DNA of 64,000 nucleotides from a bacterium. Lineage in GTDB: Bacteria > UBA8248 > JACPRG01 > G963555815. The notes under the pieces were generated by a model. It saw only the letters and a program-made list of their open reading frames with translations. It was not told the origin of the DNA and ran no database searches. Location: contig OZ244653.1 of assembly GCA_965218795.1 (NCBI GenBank), positions 2,880,001 through 2,944,000 of the forward strand. The letters run 5' to 3'. The position numbers and the translations under genes are program-made. How positions within the stretch are numbered: the first letter of the stretch is position 1; every line of letters begins with the position of its first letter. This document shows, piece after piece, positions 9,400-20,192 of the stretch.

Positions 9400-10279
9400 C
9401 AGCATGTCCTCCATACGGTTGGAATCGGGACGACGGACGACCGGCCGTCGGTGGGCCGGCGGGACGTCCCTTGAGAACGCCACTCAGCGCTGCAACATGT
9501 TCCGCCACACAACAGATTCGCCCCAGTACTGGACCCCGGAGTTCCGGAGGTTGGTTCCGGTTGCAATGATGATCTCGTCCCGCGCGGGCCGCATCTTCCG
9601 AACCGCTTGCCGGGACAATATCCTCCCCGTAGCCTCGCGCCGGTTCTTGGCCCTCGTACTCCCGTTGCGCAGGGGCCGGATGTCGCCGTCGGCCATGGAC
9701 CGGAAGCGCTCGACTACGTAGCGGTCGTCATCGAGACCTTGGCCGAACAGGTGGGTGAGGAAGGTGCTTGCGTTGCCGGGATGGGTCTGGACCGTGTGCA
9801 TGGCGCCGTCTCCTTCGGGTGGGTGATCGGGAATGGCGGCGACGTCCTCCCCCGGGACATCCGACCGCCGCCCGCTCACGGCCCGGCTCGGCCTCTTCGG
9901 GATGCACCACGCGTCCGGGGGAACGACCCCTGTGGCAGTCGTTCAGCCGGCAATCCGTTTGCTGAACGGACGAACTGCGGTCCGGCCCGGTGCTATTGAC
10001 CGGCTTTGCTGAAGGGGTTTGGTGAGCGATAGCTGGTGGACGTAATGTTTTCCCCAAAACCGGAAGATAGGGTCTCTCCAGAGGAAATTCCTTTCCTTCC
10101 GGCTCGCTGCTCCGGGAAGCACTTGGGACGACGTCTTGAGCCGGTTGCAGCCATAGGCCGGATGATCCAGCGTCGGCTCTTTGCTCCTCGCAGAGTTGGA
10201 CCCTAGTAGTTGGGCAGTGGACGGGGCCTGAACAGTGGTATCTTCTGCCGTACAGTTCTCCGAGGAGAAGGAGCGGAAG

Positions 10280-10570
10280 ATGACCCGAAGAAAGCGACGT
10301 CACCATTCATCGGCCTTTAAGGCGAAGGTCGCGCTGGCGGCTGTGAAGGCAGAGAAGACCTTGGCAGTGCTTGCCGAACAGTTCGATGTGCATCCGAATC
10401 AGATCCAGGACTGGAACAGACGCCTGGTGGAGGGAGCCGAGGACGTGTTCGGGGGGAACGCAGTGCAAGCCCAGCACACGGACCGCGAGTTCGAGAAGCT
10501 GCACGCCAAGATCGGGCAGTTGACGATGGAGAATGATTTTTTATCCAACGGGCTCGGTCGCGACCGATGA
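10280..10570 (+). mobile_element. IS3-family orfA remnant (orfB lost)
   Basis: RRHHSSAFKAKVALAAVKAEKTLAVLAEQFDVHPNQIQDW...LHAKIGQLTMENDFL. Confidence 0.85.
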
Positions 10571-10661
10571 GTGAGCGCCGGGCACAGATTCACACGCCAC
10601 ATCGGTTAACGAAGAGGCTGTCAAGATCGATTAAAATCTAGGACGAGAGGGAGGACCCAAA

Positions 10662-11291
10662 ATGGAAGTGGTTGAGGTTTATGATGACAGGGGGTACTTT
10701 CGCATCAAGGGGATATGCCCACATTGCAAAACAACAACCACATTCCCTACACTCGAAAGACCATGCAAGGAGTCAGATGAGTATGGGAACGCCCAGTTGA
10801 TCGGGGCTTGCAGATGCGATGCCTGCTCTGATTTCATTCTCGCAATTTTGGTATGGGATCACGAGCATCGTGAGTACCGATATAAAGAACACCACCCCGT
10901 CGGTGACCCCAACGATTCCGTTTCCGAGGAAGTGCCCCCCGAAATTTCAGAAGATTTTAAGGAGGCGCTCAGGTGCATGTGGGCAAAATCGTTCAAGGCA
11001 ACCGTTCTGATGTGCAGAAGGGCGCTACAGGTGAGTTGCGACAGGGAGAGTGCGGAAGGGAGGGATCTTTTCACTCAGATTGATGATTTGGCATCCAAGC
11101 AGCATATTACAAAACCACTAAAAGACTTGGCACACGGAATACGACTCCTGGGAAAAAGGGGAGCGCACGGTGATTTCTCCGACGTGGACGACACGATAAC
11201 CAAAAAAGATGCGGAAGATGCAATCAAATTCATGGCCCACTATTTGGATCACGTTTATGTTTTGCCAAAGCGGCTAGAAGATAGTCTATAA
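10662..11291 (+). CDS. DUF4145 (HEPN-like) protein with N-terminal zinc ribbon
   Basis: CPHC...CDAC; EDFKEALRC, ATVLMCRRALQ, LFTQIDDL, IRLLGKRGAH; low GC; GGAGG RBS. Confidence 0.8.
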   Translation: MEVVEVYDDRGYFRIKGICPHCKTTTTFPTLERPCKESDEYGNAQLIGACRCDACSDFILAILVWDHEHREYRYKEHHPVGDPNDSVSEEVPPEISEDFKEALRCMWAKSFKATVLMCRRALQVSCDRESAEGRDLFTQIDDLASKQHITKPLKDLAHGIRLLGKRGAHGDFSDVDDTITKKDAEDAIKFMAHYLDHVYVLPKRLEDSL

Positions 11292-11344
11292 TCCCCTTGC
11301 GAGCGGGTTTTCAGGAATAGTCGCAAAAAACATTAGGTATCCCC

Positions 11345-11461
11345 ATGCCCTCCCCCGAAATCCTCAACGTAGAGCCCCGCGAGGCCGTGGAGTTCTTCCG
11401 CTCCAAGGGATACCACGTCGCCTTCTCCTGGAAGGACACCGAGGCCCTGGCAACAAGGTAA
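11345..11461 (+). pseudogene. N-terminal fragment of Mu-like phage head morphogenesis (gpF-like) protein
   Basis: MPSPEILNVEPREAVEFFRSKGYHVAFSWKDTEA then stop. Confidence 0.5.
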
Positions 11462-11647
11462 AGCCGGAAGACGTCGCAAAAAGTTTGAAGGAGGACCCAG
11501 GAACAATCGAACACCAAATTGCCCTTGCCATTGCTGAAGACCTTATCGCTGCGAATGCGAACTTTGAAGACTCAATGGACGGCCCCGTCATTGGCCAGGT
11601 GAAAATAATCTACGGTTTAACCCGTAAAGGAATGGAGGTAATTGGCA

Positions 11648-11875
11648 ATGATGACCGCCTATAAAACAGTTTGGGCTCCCGGAACGGATGCTCTGTGGTG
11701 GTCGCCGATCAAGGATCGCTTGGAACCGCTATGGCCGCCAGACACCCCCAGGGAGGAGATGCTGTCTGCATGTGAGGCCGCCTTCAAGAAAAAAGGAATG
11801 AAAATGGATGAGCATGTGTTGGTTCGGCCCGATGTCCACGGGAATCTTATTCCAACTCATCCAGGCCGATCTTGA
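11648..11875 (+). CDS. Small hypothetical protein
   Basis: MMTAYKTVWAPGTDALWWSPIKDRLEPLW, preceded by GGAGG. Confidence 0.45.
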   Translation: MMTAYKTVWAPGTDALWWSPIKDRLEPLWPPDTPREEMLSACEAAFKKKGMKMDEHVLVRPDVHGNLIPTHPGRS

Positions 11876-12066
11876 CCAAGCCCATCTTATGTCAACGGGA
11901 TAATCGCCTCCCCAAAACCCTTGATTCCCCGCCGATTCGTCGCACCCCGTCGCATTTCCAATTATTTCCGTCACCCTGACCAGAGGCGTCGGTGCGAGCT
12001 GCTCGATGTGGCCCGTTCAACGGCGTACTACCGTGATGAGCTTTCTCTGCGGTAAGTGACTTAGGA

Positions 12067-12150
12067 TTAATGCCGAGTGAATGTGCCGAAAAACCCCATA
12101 AGCAAGCCGTCTTCAGCCCATCACTCGGCATTAACAACTACTCGGCATTA
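12067..12150. repeat. 14-bp perfect inverted repeat plus third partial copy (recombinase-end-like)
   Basis: ttaatgccgagtga (12067-12080), tcactcggcattaa (12121-12134), actcggcatta (12140-12150). Confidence 0.8.
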
Positions 12151-12625
12151 CCTCCTTGGGTGGGGTGGATGATGGCGGCGAGGAACGTCCTCTCCCGGAC
12201 GCCCCGCCCCGGCGAGGCATGGCTCGGCGCCGGCTGTCATGGGATATGGATGGTTCGTGAGGACGCATGGCGGATGAGCCGGGACGGGATGCTCCCGGGT
12301 AGGTTCGAGAGGGTTTCCGGAGCGTTCCCATCCCGCCCGGCTCTGGCTGGCGGCCTTCGTGGCCGATGGAAATCATCGAGAGATGGACACCGGCCTTGAC
12401 GACCATGCCGGCTAGCGCAGGGTGGTCAACTCATCAAGGGAAAATATGGGAAACCGTATCTATGACCAGGTGGGTTGCGGAGGTTGAACCCTTCACCGAA
12501 ACGGAACATCATTGTCGTTCTCACCCGGGCGCAGGCAAACGATGTCGTGTTTATGATCGATGCGTCGTGTTGCAATAGTGTTGACAATAATTATCTAGTA
12601 AATCAATTTATCAATAAATTATTTA

Positions 12626-12662
12626 TATTCAATAGTTTATATCACATAAAAACTATTGAATA
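12626..12662. repeat. AT-rich 13-bp perfect inverted repeat at duplication junction
   Basis: tattcaatagttt-N11-aaactattgaata ending where the truncated ssb begins. Confidence 0.85.
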
Positions 12663-12897
12663 CATGTTCGAGAAGCACGCGACGAAGGGCCGGCTGGTCT
12701 ATGTGGCGGGCAAGCTGCAGACCCGTCGCTGGAAGAAGGACGACGAGGACTCCGACCGGTTCTCGACGGAGATCCTGCTGGTTCCGGGCGGGCGCGTGCA
12801 GTTCCTCGACAAGCCCAACGGCAACGGCGCGCCGGTCGCGGGGGCGGACCCGGCGATGCCGTCCGCCGAGGCGGCGGTGGAAGACATTCCGTTCTGA
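12662..12897 (+). pseudogene. ssb: 5'-truncated ssb (copy B)
   Basis: Only MFEKHATKGRLVYVAGKLQ...EDIPF remains. Confidence 0.9.
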
Positions 12898-12925
12898 GGC
12901 CGCATTCCGTTTCCTCTCTCCACCT

Positions 12926-12956
12926 GGGCCGGCGCTTCGCGCGTCGGCCCTTTTTC
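12926..12956 (+). terminator. Intrinsic terminator after ssb (copy B)
   Basis: gggccggcgcttcgcgcgtcggccctttttc. Confidence 0.65.
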
Positions 12957-13091
12957 TTGCTGCCCGTTCCGAGACAGCGCCCGTTCGGGCCTCGCGCCAG
13001 CGCTGCGCGCGGCGCTTCGCCCTCCGGCGCCGGCCGGAGGCAAAGGCCGGCCGGTATCGGGCGTTCCCCGTCCATCCAGAGGAGGCCCGTC

Positions 13092-14123
13092 ATGCCGCCC
13101 CCATCGTCCCGTTCCGCATCTCCCGCCGCCGACATCGCCGCCGCGCTCGGCGCGAGCGCCGAGGCCGTCTGCCGGCGTTATCTGCCGCAGGGCCGCAAGC
13201 AGGGCCGGTACTGGGTCGCCGGCGATCTCGAAGGCGCTCGCGGCCGCTCGCTCTTCGTCCGCCTGCACGGTCCCGGGGTCCCCGGGAAGTGGGCCGACGC
13301 GGCCACCGGAGAGCACGGGGACCTGATCGATCTCGTCCGGCATCGCTCGGGCGCGCCGACGCTTCGCGCGGCGCTCGCCGAGGCCCGCGCCTTCCTCGCC
13401 CTGCCGGCTCCGCCGCCGTCGGGCGAGAGCTACGACGCAACGGAAGCGGCCCGCCGCCTCTGGCGGCGTTGCCGCGCCATCGGCGGCACCCATGCGGAGG
13501 CCTATCTCCGCGCCCGCGGGCTCGCGCGCTGCCGGTTCCCGGCATTGCGCTTCCATCCCGAGCTTCGCTATCGCGAAGGCTCTTCCCTGCGCCGTTTCCC
13601 GGCGCTGGTCGCCGCCGTGACCGGCGACGACGGCGCCATCCACGGCGTGCAGCGCACCTGGCTCGATCCGCGCTTGCCCGCCAAGGCGGACGTCGCGGCC
13701 CCGCGCAAAGCGCTCGGCCGCATCCACGGACGCGCCGTGCGCTTCGGCAGGCCCGCCGCCGACGCTTCGCTGCTCGTCGGCGAAGGCATCGAGACGGTGC
13801 TGTCGATCGTCACCGCGGCGCCCGGGGTCATTTCGGCCGCCGCGCTCTCGGCCGGAAGCCTCGGCGCCTTCGCTCCGCCTGGCGGCGTCGCGCGCCTCGT
13901 CATCGCCCGCGACAACGATTCCGAGGGCGAACGGGCCGCCCAACGCCTCGCCCGGCGCTGCGCGCGGGCGGGCGTCGCCGCCCACGTCATCGTCTCCGAA
14001 TACGGCGACTTCAACGACGATCTGGTCACTCTCGGACCCCGGGCCCTGGCCCTTCGGCTCGCCGCCCTGTTCCCCGCGCCGCAGCGGGTCGGAGAGAGGG
14101 AGGGAAGAGCGGGGGAGGGGTGA
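13092..14123 (+). CDS. Toprim-domain primase-like protein, copy B
   Basis: Near-identical to 5874-6905. Confidence 0.85.
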   Translation: MPPPSSRSASPAADIAAALGASAEAVCRRYLPQGRKQGRYWVAGDLEGARGRSLFVRLHGPGVPGKWADAATGEHGDLIDLVRHRSGAPTLRAALAEARAFLALPAPPPSGESYDATEAARRLWRRCRAIGGTHAEAYLRARGLARCRFPALRFHPELRYREGSSLRRFPALVAAVTGDDGAIHGVQRTWLDPRLPAKADVAAPRKALGRIHGRAVRFGRPAADASLLVGEGIETVLSIVTAAPGVISAAALSAGSLGAFAPPGGVARLVIARDNDSEGERAAQRLARRCARAGVAAHVIVSEYGDFNDDLVTLGPRALALRLAALFPAPQRVGEREGRAGEG

Positions 14124-14147
14124 ACGGATCCAAAGGAGAAAGGGAGC

Positions 14148-14457
14148 GTGGCGCACATCGTCAATCTCAGGCATGCGCCCGCCCTGCGGGCGGCGCTCGA
14201 CGGCAAGGCGGAGCACGGCGGGACCGTGCGGATCGACCACCGCTCTCAATGGGGGAAACCGGTTCCGCATCGGTCCGAACGGACCGCGCGATGAAGTGAT
14301 CGCGCGCTATCGCGCCGAGGTCGGGCTCGACGAACTCGCCGCCCTTCACGGCAAGCCGCTGGCCTGCTGGTGCGCGCCGCTCCCCTGCCATGGGCAGGTC
14401 CTCGCCCGCGCCGCGGCATGGGCGGCCTCCGTTCTGGCGGAACGGAGGGGAGAGTGA
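14148..14457 (+). pseudogene. DUF4326 family protein, frameshifted (copy B)
   Basis: Retains LACWCAPLPCHG; same frameshift as copy A; 27-bp deletion in the DLWRRIR segment. Confidence 0.75.
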
Positions 14458-15104
14458 AGCGGGAGAGGGGCGAACGCCGCGAGGAGGGAGAGAGAGGGCC
14501 CCGGGCATCGGCAACACGGAAGGAGAACCGAAATGCAATCCGTTACCTTCAGGAGCATCGCCCGTACGAGTCGAGGGTCTACCACCATGGCAATCTCGCC
14601 GGCGAGGTTGCGGAGCGACTCGTCGATACGCGTCCCTTGCGGTGACGAGCCATGCCGTCTTCGGGCGATCCCTTCGGGCCGGGCTATCCGCTGCAATCTC
14701 CGCTTGCCGGCGCCCGAGACCCGGGTCTCAATCCCGGAACCGCCCAGGGGGTCCACGCCAGTGGCTAACAAACACTACTCCTCCCGACGTGATGGACCAT
14801 TGTCCCACACGTGCTCGCTGCGCCAACCCCTAAGGGGTCCTACTCTCCGCTCCGCTCCGTTCCGGCCCTGGCTCGCAAGGCTACGGCGCTGAAGCGCCTA
14901 GGCGTGGCGAGAACCGCGACCGAGGCTCCGCGCTCCCTGCGGTCGCTTGTGCGCCCGCACCACTCGCGCCCCTCGCCGCGCCAGGCCTTGCGGCCACGGT
15001 GGCTTTGCTGCGCGCGCGTGGGCCAAATCAACCATCACGTCCGGAGACAGACTCCGCACAACGAACCGTAACGGTTCTCTACACTCTATCCAAAGGAGAG
15101 CATC

Positions 15105-16028
15105 ATGCACGATATCGACAACATCTCAGAGCAGAACCAGTCCGTCACCGCCACCGTCTGCGACCAGGCGGCTCTCTTCGGCGCAACTCCAGAGCGCGAT
15201 GAATTCGACAACCGGGAGGTCTGGGACCCGGAGAACGCCCTCTCCGCCGTCACGGAAGCCTTCCGCATCCTCGCACTGGGCGTCGGGCCAGACGGAATGC
15301 AACTCGCCGACGAACGCGAGAGCCTGCTCTGGGGCTTCGTCAACATGCTCGACGCGCAGACCCAACGCCTCGACCGCGCGGCCGACAGGCTCGTCCCCGA
15401 CATGCGCGACCTCCAGCGAGAGCAGGACGGCTCCGAGATTCGGTCCCGAGAGCTCGAACTCATCACCGACCGAACCAAGAACCTCACGGACCGGCGGGAC
15501 GCCTTCGAGCAACTCAGAGATGCAGCGGCCGAAGCCTACCGGGTCGAGACCGGCGATGTCTGGCGGCCCCGGCGCGGTTCCCACACCTCCCAGACCGGCA
15601 AGCTCACTTCAGCCATGATCGACGCCCGCGACTTCCAGCGTGCCCGCAAGGACCGCGAGAACAAGGCGCTCCTGCCCCAGGGAACGCTGGTCGCGGTGGC
15701 AGGCGGCAAGCAGGCCGGCGACGCCAACGCCGTCATCCGCACCCTCGAGAAGCTCAGGGCCAAGTACGACGACGTGGTCCTGGTCCACGGAGGCGGCCCC
15801 GGCGTCGAGCGCATCGCGGCCAAGTGGGCGGATCGCAACGGCGTCCACCAGATCGTCTGCAAGCCCGACTGGGACGCACACGGCAGGGCGGCTCCCTTCC
15901 GGCGCAATGACGAGCTGCTCGATCTCCTGCCCAAGGGCGTCATCGCGTTCCCGGGTTCGGGCATCACGGACAATCTGGTCGACAAGGCGCGCAAGCTCGG
16001 TATCCCGGTCCAGTGCGTTGCCGCCTGA
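15105..16028 (+). CDS. DUF2493 (YspA/SLOG-like) domain protein, copy B
   Basis: 307 aa paralog of 3962-4885; AAGGAG RBS. Confidence 0.85.
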   Translation: MHDIDNISEQNQSVTATVCDQAALFGATPERDEFDNREVWDPENALSAVTEAFRILALGVGPDGMQLADERESLLWGFVNMLDAQTQRLDRAADRLVPDMRDLQREQDGSEIRSRELELITDRTKNLTDRRDAFEQLRDAAAEAYRVETGDVWRPRRGSHTSQTGKLTSAMIDARDFQRARKDRENKALLPQGTLVAVAGGKQAGDANAVIRTLEKLRAKYDDVVLVHGGGPGVERIAAKWADRNGVHQIVCKPDWDAHGRAAPFRRNDELLDLLPKGVIAFPGSGITDNLVDKARKLGIPVQCVAA

Positions 16029-16414
16029 TCCGAACGACCCGCGGGTCGCGTCGCCAACCGGCGGCGCGGTCCGTTCTTCTTCCGCGTTGCCCGCTGCAGC
16101 ACCGCCCGCCGCACTTCGCACCGCACCGGTGCGGACCCCACTGCTCACTCCGTCCCGCACTGCTCCATGCACCATGCTCCGCACGGCCGCCCGCTCAATC
16201 GCCGCGGCGGCTCCCACGCGCGTCCCGCGCCCGCGGAGATCCCCTCTTCGCTCGTTCCTCGCATTTTGGTCTGTCGGACGCCGGTCGGCGCTTTTACTCT
16301 CACACCCCACGCACCTGGGGTGCCCTATGCTCCATGCGCGCGCCTGTCATGCAGTGCCTTGCGCAAACAACGTCAGGGTCAGCCCGGTTGTTGTTGGACC
16401 GAGCGCATGTCGCA

Positions 16415-16547
16415 CCGATATACGTCATCAACCCATTGATATATAATGAACTTCGTCCGGACCAATACACGTCCGATATACGGCCGTCACCAATTTGGGT
16501 GTGCGCGGGAATGCGCCGGGTCAATAGCGACATACGACCGATACACG
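16415..16547 (+). promoter_or_regulatory. Five 10-bp direct repeats (consensus ccgatayacg), putative RHH binding sites
   Basis: Start positions 16415, 16462, 16473, 16527, 16538; two pairs at 11-bp period. Confidence 0.55.
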
Positions 16548-16773
16548 AGAGGATTCCCAATGTCCGCGGCAATGTCACCATGTTCCCGCCGGGCCATCAT
16601 GCCTCCCGGGGTCGCAGGTGACGTCCGGTATCGTTGCCAGGCCGGTGTTTCATGCCTTGCGGGGCCGTCATGACATGAGCAGTTCGGTACTGAACGGTTA
16701 CAGGATCGCGCCATTCTTTCACCCAAAGCGGCCCCGTATCATCACCCATCGGGCACCAGGAAGGAGCAAGACC

Positions 16774-17169
16774 GTGGCCGAAAACAGTTCGATCAAACCC
16801 GAAGCCAGCGACAGCGGAGACCCGGGACATGACGGCGCGCGCAGGACCAGGGGCATCCGGTTCTCCGATTCCGAGTGGGAAGTGGTCAGGAAGGCGGCCG
16901 AAGAACGTGACGTTGCGGCCGGGAAGCTTGTCCGGGACGCGGTTTTGGATCTGGCCCGTGGCAGGACCGGCGCCGCATCCGCGTCGCTTCCGCCCGGTCA
17001 CGCCGCCCTTCTTGAGGGCGTCTACCGCGGCGTATACATCCTTTCGACCCTGAAACGTGAAGAGATGCTCCGAGAGGGCCGGGACAAAGAGCTGGACGAG
17101 GTCGTTCAGGCCGCGCGCAACGCGCAGGCGGAGGCGCTGAAGCAATCACGGCCGGGGCGGCGTGAATGA
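16774..17169 (+). CDS. Ribbon-helix-helix protein (copy B), coupled to recD2
   Basis: RTRGIRFSDSEWEVVRKAAEERDVAAGKLVRDAV; AAGGAG RBS; ATGA overlap with next gene. Confidence 0.75.
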   Translation: MAENSSIKPEASDSGDPGHDGARRTRGIRFSDSEWEVVRKAAEERDVAAGKLVRDAVLDLARGRTGAASASLPPGHAALLEGVYRGVYILSTLKREEMLREGRDKELDEVVQAARNAQAEALKQSRPGRRE

Positions 17170-19145
17170 CGGGCGGCCCCGGCGGTGATTCCACCCGGCG
17201 CGCGTGGGGAAGAGCGCCGGAACCCGTTTCCGGCCGCGAGGTTCTGGCCGGTCTTGTCGAGCGGGTGACCTTCCACAACCCGGAGAACGGGTTCTGCGTG
17301 CTGCGGATCAAGGCGCGGGGCCAGCGCGATCTCGTTACCGCGGTCGGCCATGCCGCCACGATTTCCGCCGGCGAATGGGTGACCGCCTCTGGAGAATGGG
17401 CCAACGACCGCGCCCACGGCCTGCAGTTCCGCGCCCGGCTGCTCAAGACCTCCGCTCCCTCCTCGCTGGACGGCATCGAGAAGTACCTGGGTTCGGGCAT
17501 GATCCGGGGCATCGGGCCGGTCTACGCGAAGCGCATGGTGCGGCTGTTCGGCAAGGACGTGTTCGACATCATCGAGGCCAGCCCGGAGCGCCTGCGCGAG
17601 GTCGAAGGCATCGGTCCGAAGCGGGCGGAGAGAATTACCTCGGCCTGGGCCGACCAGAAGGCGATCCGCGAGATCATGGTGTTCCTGCACCAGCACGGCG
17701 TGGGCACGGCCCGGGCCGTGCGCATCTTCAAGACCTATGGCGCGGACGCGGTCGAGGTCATGAGCGAAAATCCCTACCGTCTGGCCCGGGACATCCGGGG
17801 GATCGGCTTCCTCACCGCCGACCAGATTGCCGAAAAGCTCGGCATCGGAAAGACCGCGATGATCCGGGTGCGCGCCGGGATCTCGTTCGCCCTGTCCGAA
17901 GCCATGAGCGACGGCCATTGCGGCTTGCCCACTACGGAGCTGAAGAAGCTCTCGGAGAAGCTGCTCGAGGTTCCCGAAGAACTGGTGACAACCGCGCTGG
18001 ACATGGAGCTGTCCGAGGGGACCGTGATTGCGGACAGCGTGGGAGAGACCCCGTGCATCTTCCTGAGCGGACTGCACCATGCCGAACGGTCCGTCGGGGA
18101 GCACGTGCAAAGGATAGCCGCCGGGCCGCTTCCCTGGGCCGGGATCGACACGGACAAGGCCCTGCCCTGGGTCGAGGCCCGCACCGGGCTCACCCTCGCC
18201 GGGAGCCAGGCCGATGCGGTGCGCCTCGCTCTGCGCTCGAAGGCGACGGTCATCACGGGCGGACCCGGTGTCGGCAAGACCACCATCGTCAACGCCATCC
18301 TGCGGATCCTCCTGGCCAAGGATGTGAAACTCCTGCTGTGCGCACCCACCGGCCGTGCCGCCAAGCGCATGTCCGAAGCCACCGACATGGAGGCGAAGAC
18401 CATCCACCGGCTGCTGGAGTTCGACCCCAGGGCCTTCGGGTTCCGGCGCAACGAGGACAGTCCGCTCGACTGCGACCTCCTGGTGGTGGACGAAAGCTCG
18501 ATGGTGGATGTGATGCTCATGCAGTCGCTGGTGAAGGCAGTGCCCGGCCCTGCCGCGCTATTGCTCGTAGGCGACATCGACCAGTTGCCTTCCGTGGGTC
18601 CGGGTCAGGTGCTCTCCGACATCATCGCCTCGGGGGCCGTTCCCGTGGTGCGCCTGACCGAGGTGTTCCGTCAGGCCTCCCGGAGCCGGATCGTGACCAA
18701 TGCCCACCGGATCAACGCCGGCAGGATGCCGGAGTTGGACGAGGCCGATGGCGCGAGCGACTTCTACTTCGTGCCGGCGGATGATCCTGAGCAGGCGGTC
18801 GAGCGCGTTCTGACCCTGGTCCAGGAGCGCATTCCCCGCCGATTCGGCCTGGATCCGGTGCGCGACATCCAGGTGCTGTGCCCGATGAACCGTGGGGGTG
18901 CCGGGGCGAGGTCGCTCAATATCGAGCTGCAGGCGGTGTTGAACCCGGCCGGGGAGGAGAAGGTCGAGCGCTTCGGCTGGACCTTCGCACCGGGCGACAA
19001 GGTCATGCAGATCGAGAACGACTATGACAAGGATGTCTACAACGGCGACATCGGAAGGGTGGAAGCCGTGGATGAGGTGGAGGGCGAGGTGATTGCGGTG
19101 TTCGACGGCCGCGGGGTGTCCTATGGGTTCGGGGAGCTGGACATG

Positions 19146-20192
19146 CTAGTGGCCTGTACCAACTGATTTTGACCCAAGGCGTCGCCTTGGGTCATGGTAT
19201 TTCCACTTCACGGTTTTGGGAGCTTTGTTATAGAGCTTGATATAGCGCATCAGCTTTCGGTTGAGGTCTTTTACGGAGGTGAAGATGCCGCGCGAGATGA
19301 CGTGGCGTTGGATTTTGCCGAACCACAACTCGACTTGGTTGAGCCAGGACGAGTAGGTGGGCGTGAAGTGCATGTGCACGGTGGGGTGTTGGTCAAGGAA
19401 GCGCCGGACCTGCGGGGTCTTGTGGGCGGTGAGATTGTCGGCGATGACATGGATATCCTTGTCGCGGGGCTGAGTTGCCACCAAGTCCGCCAGAAAGGCA
19501 ACAAACTGCGCCGAGGTGTGGCGTTCGGCGGTCTTGCCCAGCACTTCGCCCGTCTGGGTATTGAAGGCGGCGTACAGCGACAGCGTGCCATGGCGGCGGT
19601 ACTCGAAACCATGGCGCTCGGCGCGGCCCGGGGAGAGCGGCAAAACCGGCACGGTCCGATCCAGGGCCTGGATCGCCGTCTTTTCGTCCACACAAAACAC
19701 CGCGGCATGCTGCGGTGGGTTCAAATAGAGGCCGATAATGTCCGCCGCCTTCGCCTCGAAGTCCGGGTCGCTCGACGCCATGTAGCGATCCAGCCGATGC
19801 GGCTTCAGCCCGTGCTTGGCCCACACGCGCGCAACCATCATGTGCGAGACGCCCAGCCTAGCCCCCAGGCGGCGTGTGCTCCAATGCGTCGTTCCATCGG
19901 TGGGCGGCTTGCGCGTCGCGTTCAGAATCCGCGCCTCGAGCTTTGGGGTCAGCCGCCGTGCGGCCTGACCCTGATGGCGGCTGTACAGGCCCGCAAGTCG
20001 CTGCTCCGCGAAGCGCCTGCTCCAACTGGCCACGAAACCCCGACTGCATTCGAGTCGGTCGCAGACTTGGTCCCAGGTGTATCCGTCTGCCAGCATCACA
20101 ATCACCCGTGCCCGGCGCGCATCTTCTGCTCGGCCGGTTCGACTTCTTGCTCGCCGCAACAGTTCGGCTCGTTCATAGGCGGTCAGTTCCAT
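19146..20192 (-). CDS. IS630 transposase
   Basis: CVDEKT, IADNLTAHK, PTYSSWLNQVELWF. Confidence 0.95.
   Translation of the reverse strand: MELTAYERAELLRRARSRTGRAEDARRARVIVMLADGYTWDQVCDRLECSRGFVASWSRRFAEQRLAGLYSRHQGQAARRLTPKLEARILNATRKPPTDGTTHWSTRRLGARLGVSHMMVARVWAKHGLKPHRLDRYMASSDPDFEAKAADIIGLYLNPPQHAAVFCVDEKTAIQALDRTVPVLPLSPGRAERHGFEYRRHGTLSLYAAFNTQTGEVLGKTAERHTSAQFVAFLADLVATQPRDKDIHVIADNLTAHKTPQVRRFLDQHPTVHMHFTPTYSSWLNQVELWFGKIQRHVISRGIFTSVKDLNRKLMRYIKLYNKAPKTVKWKYHDPRRRLGSKSVGTGH

Larger units (their letters stand above)
12662..16371 (+). repeat. Copy B of the inverted duplication
   Basis: See copy A. Confidence 0.95.

Noticed and set aside
12475-12897. 140-aa ssb with novel N-terminus
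   Set aside because: The N-terminal part is read-through of AT-rich non-coding palindromic DNA into a truncated ssb.
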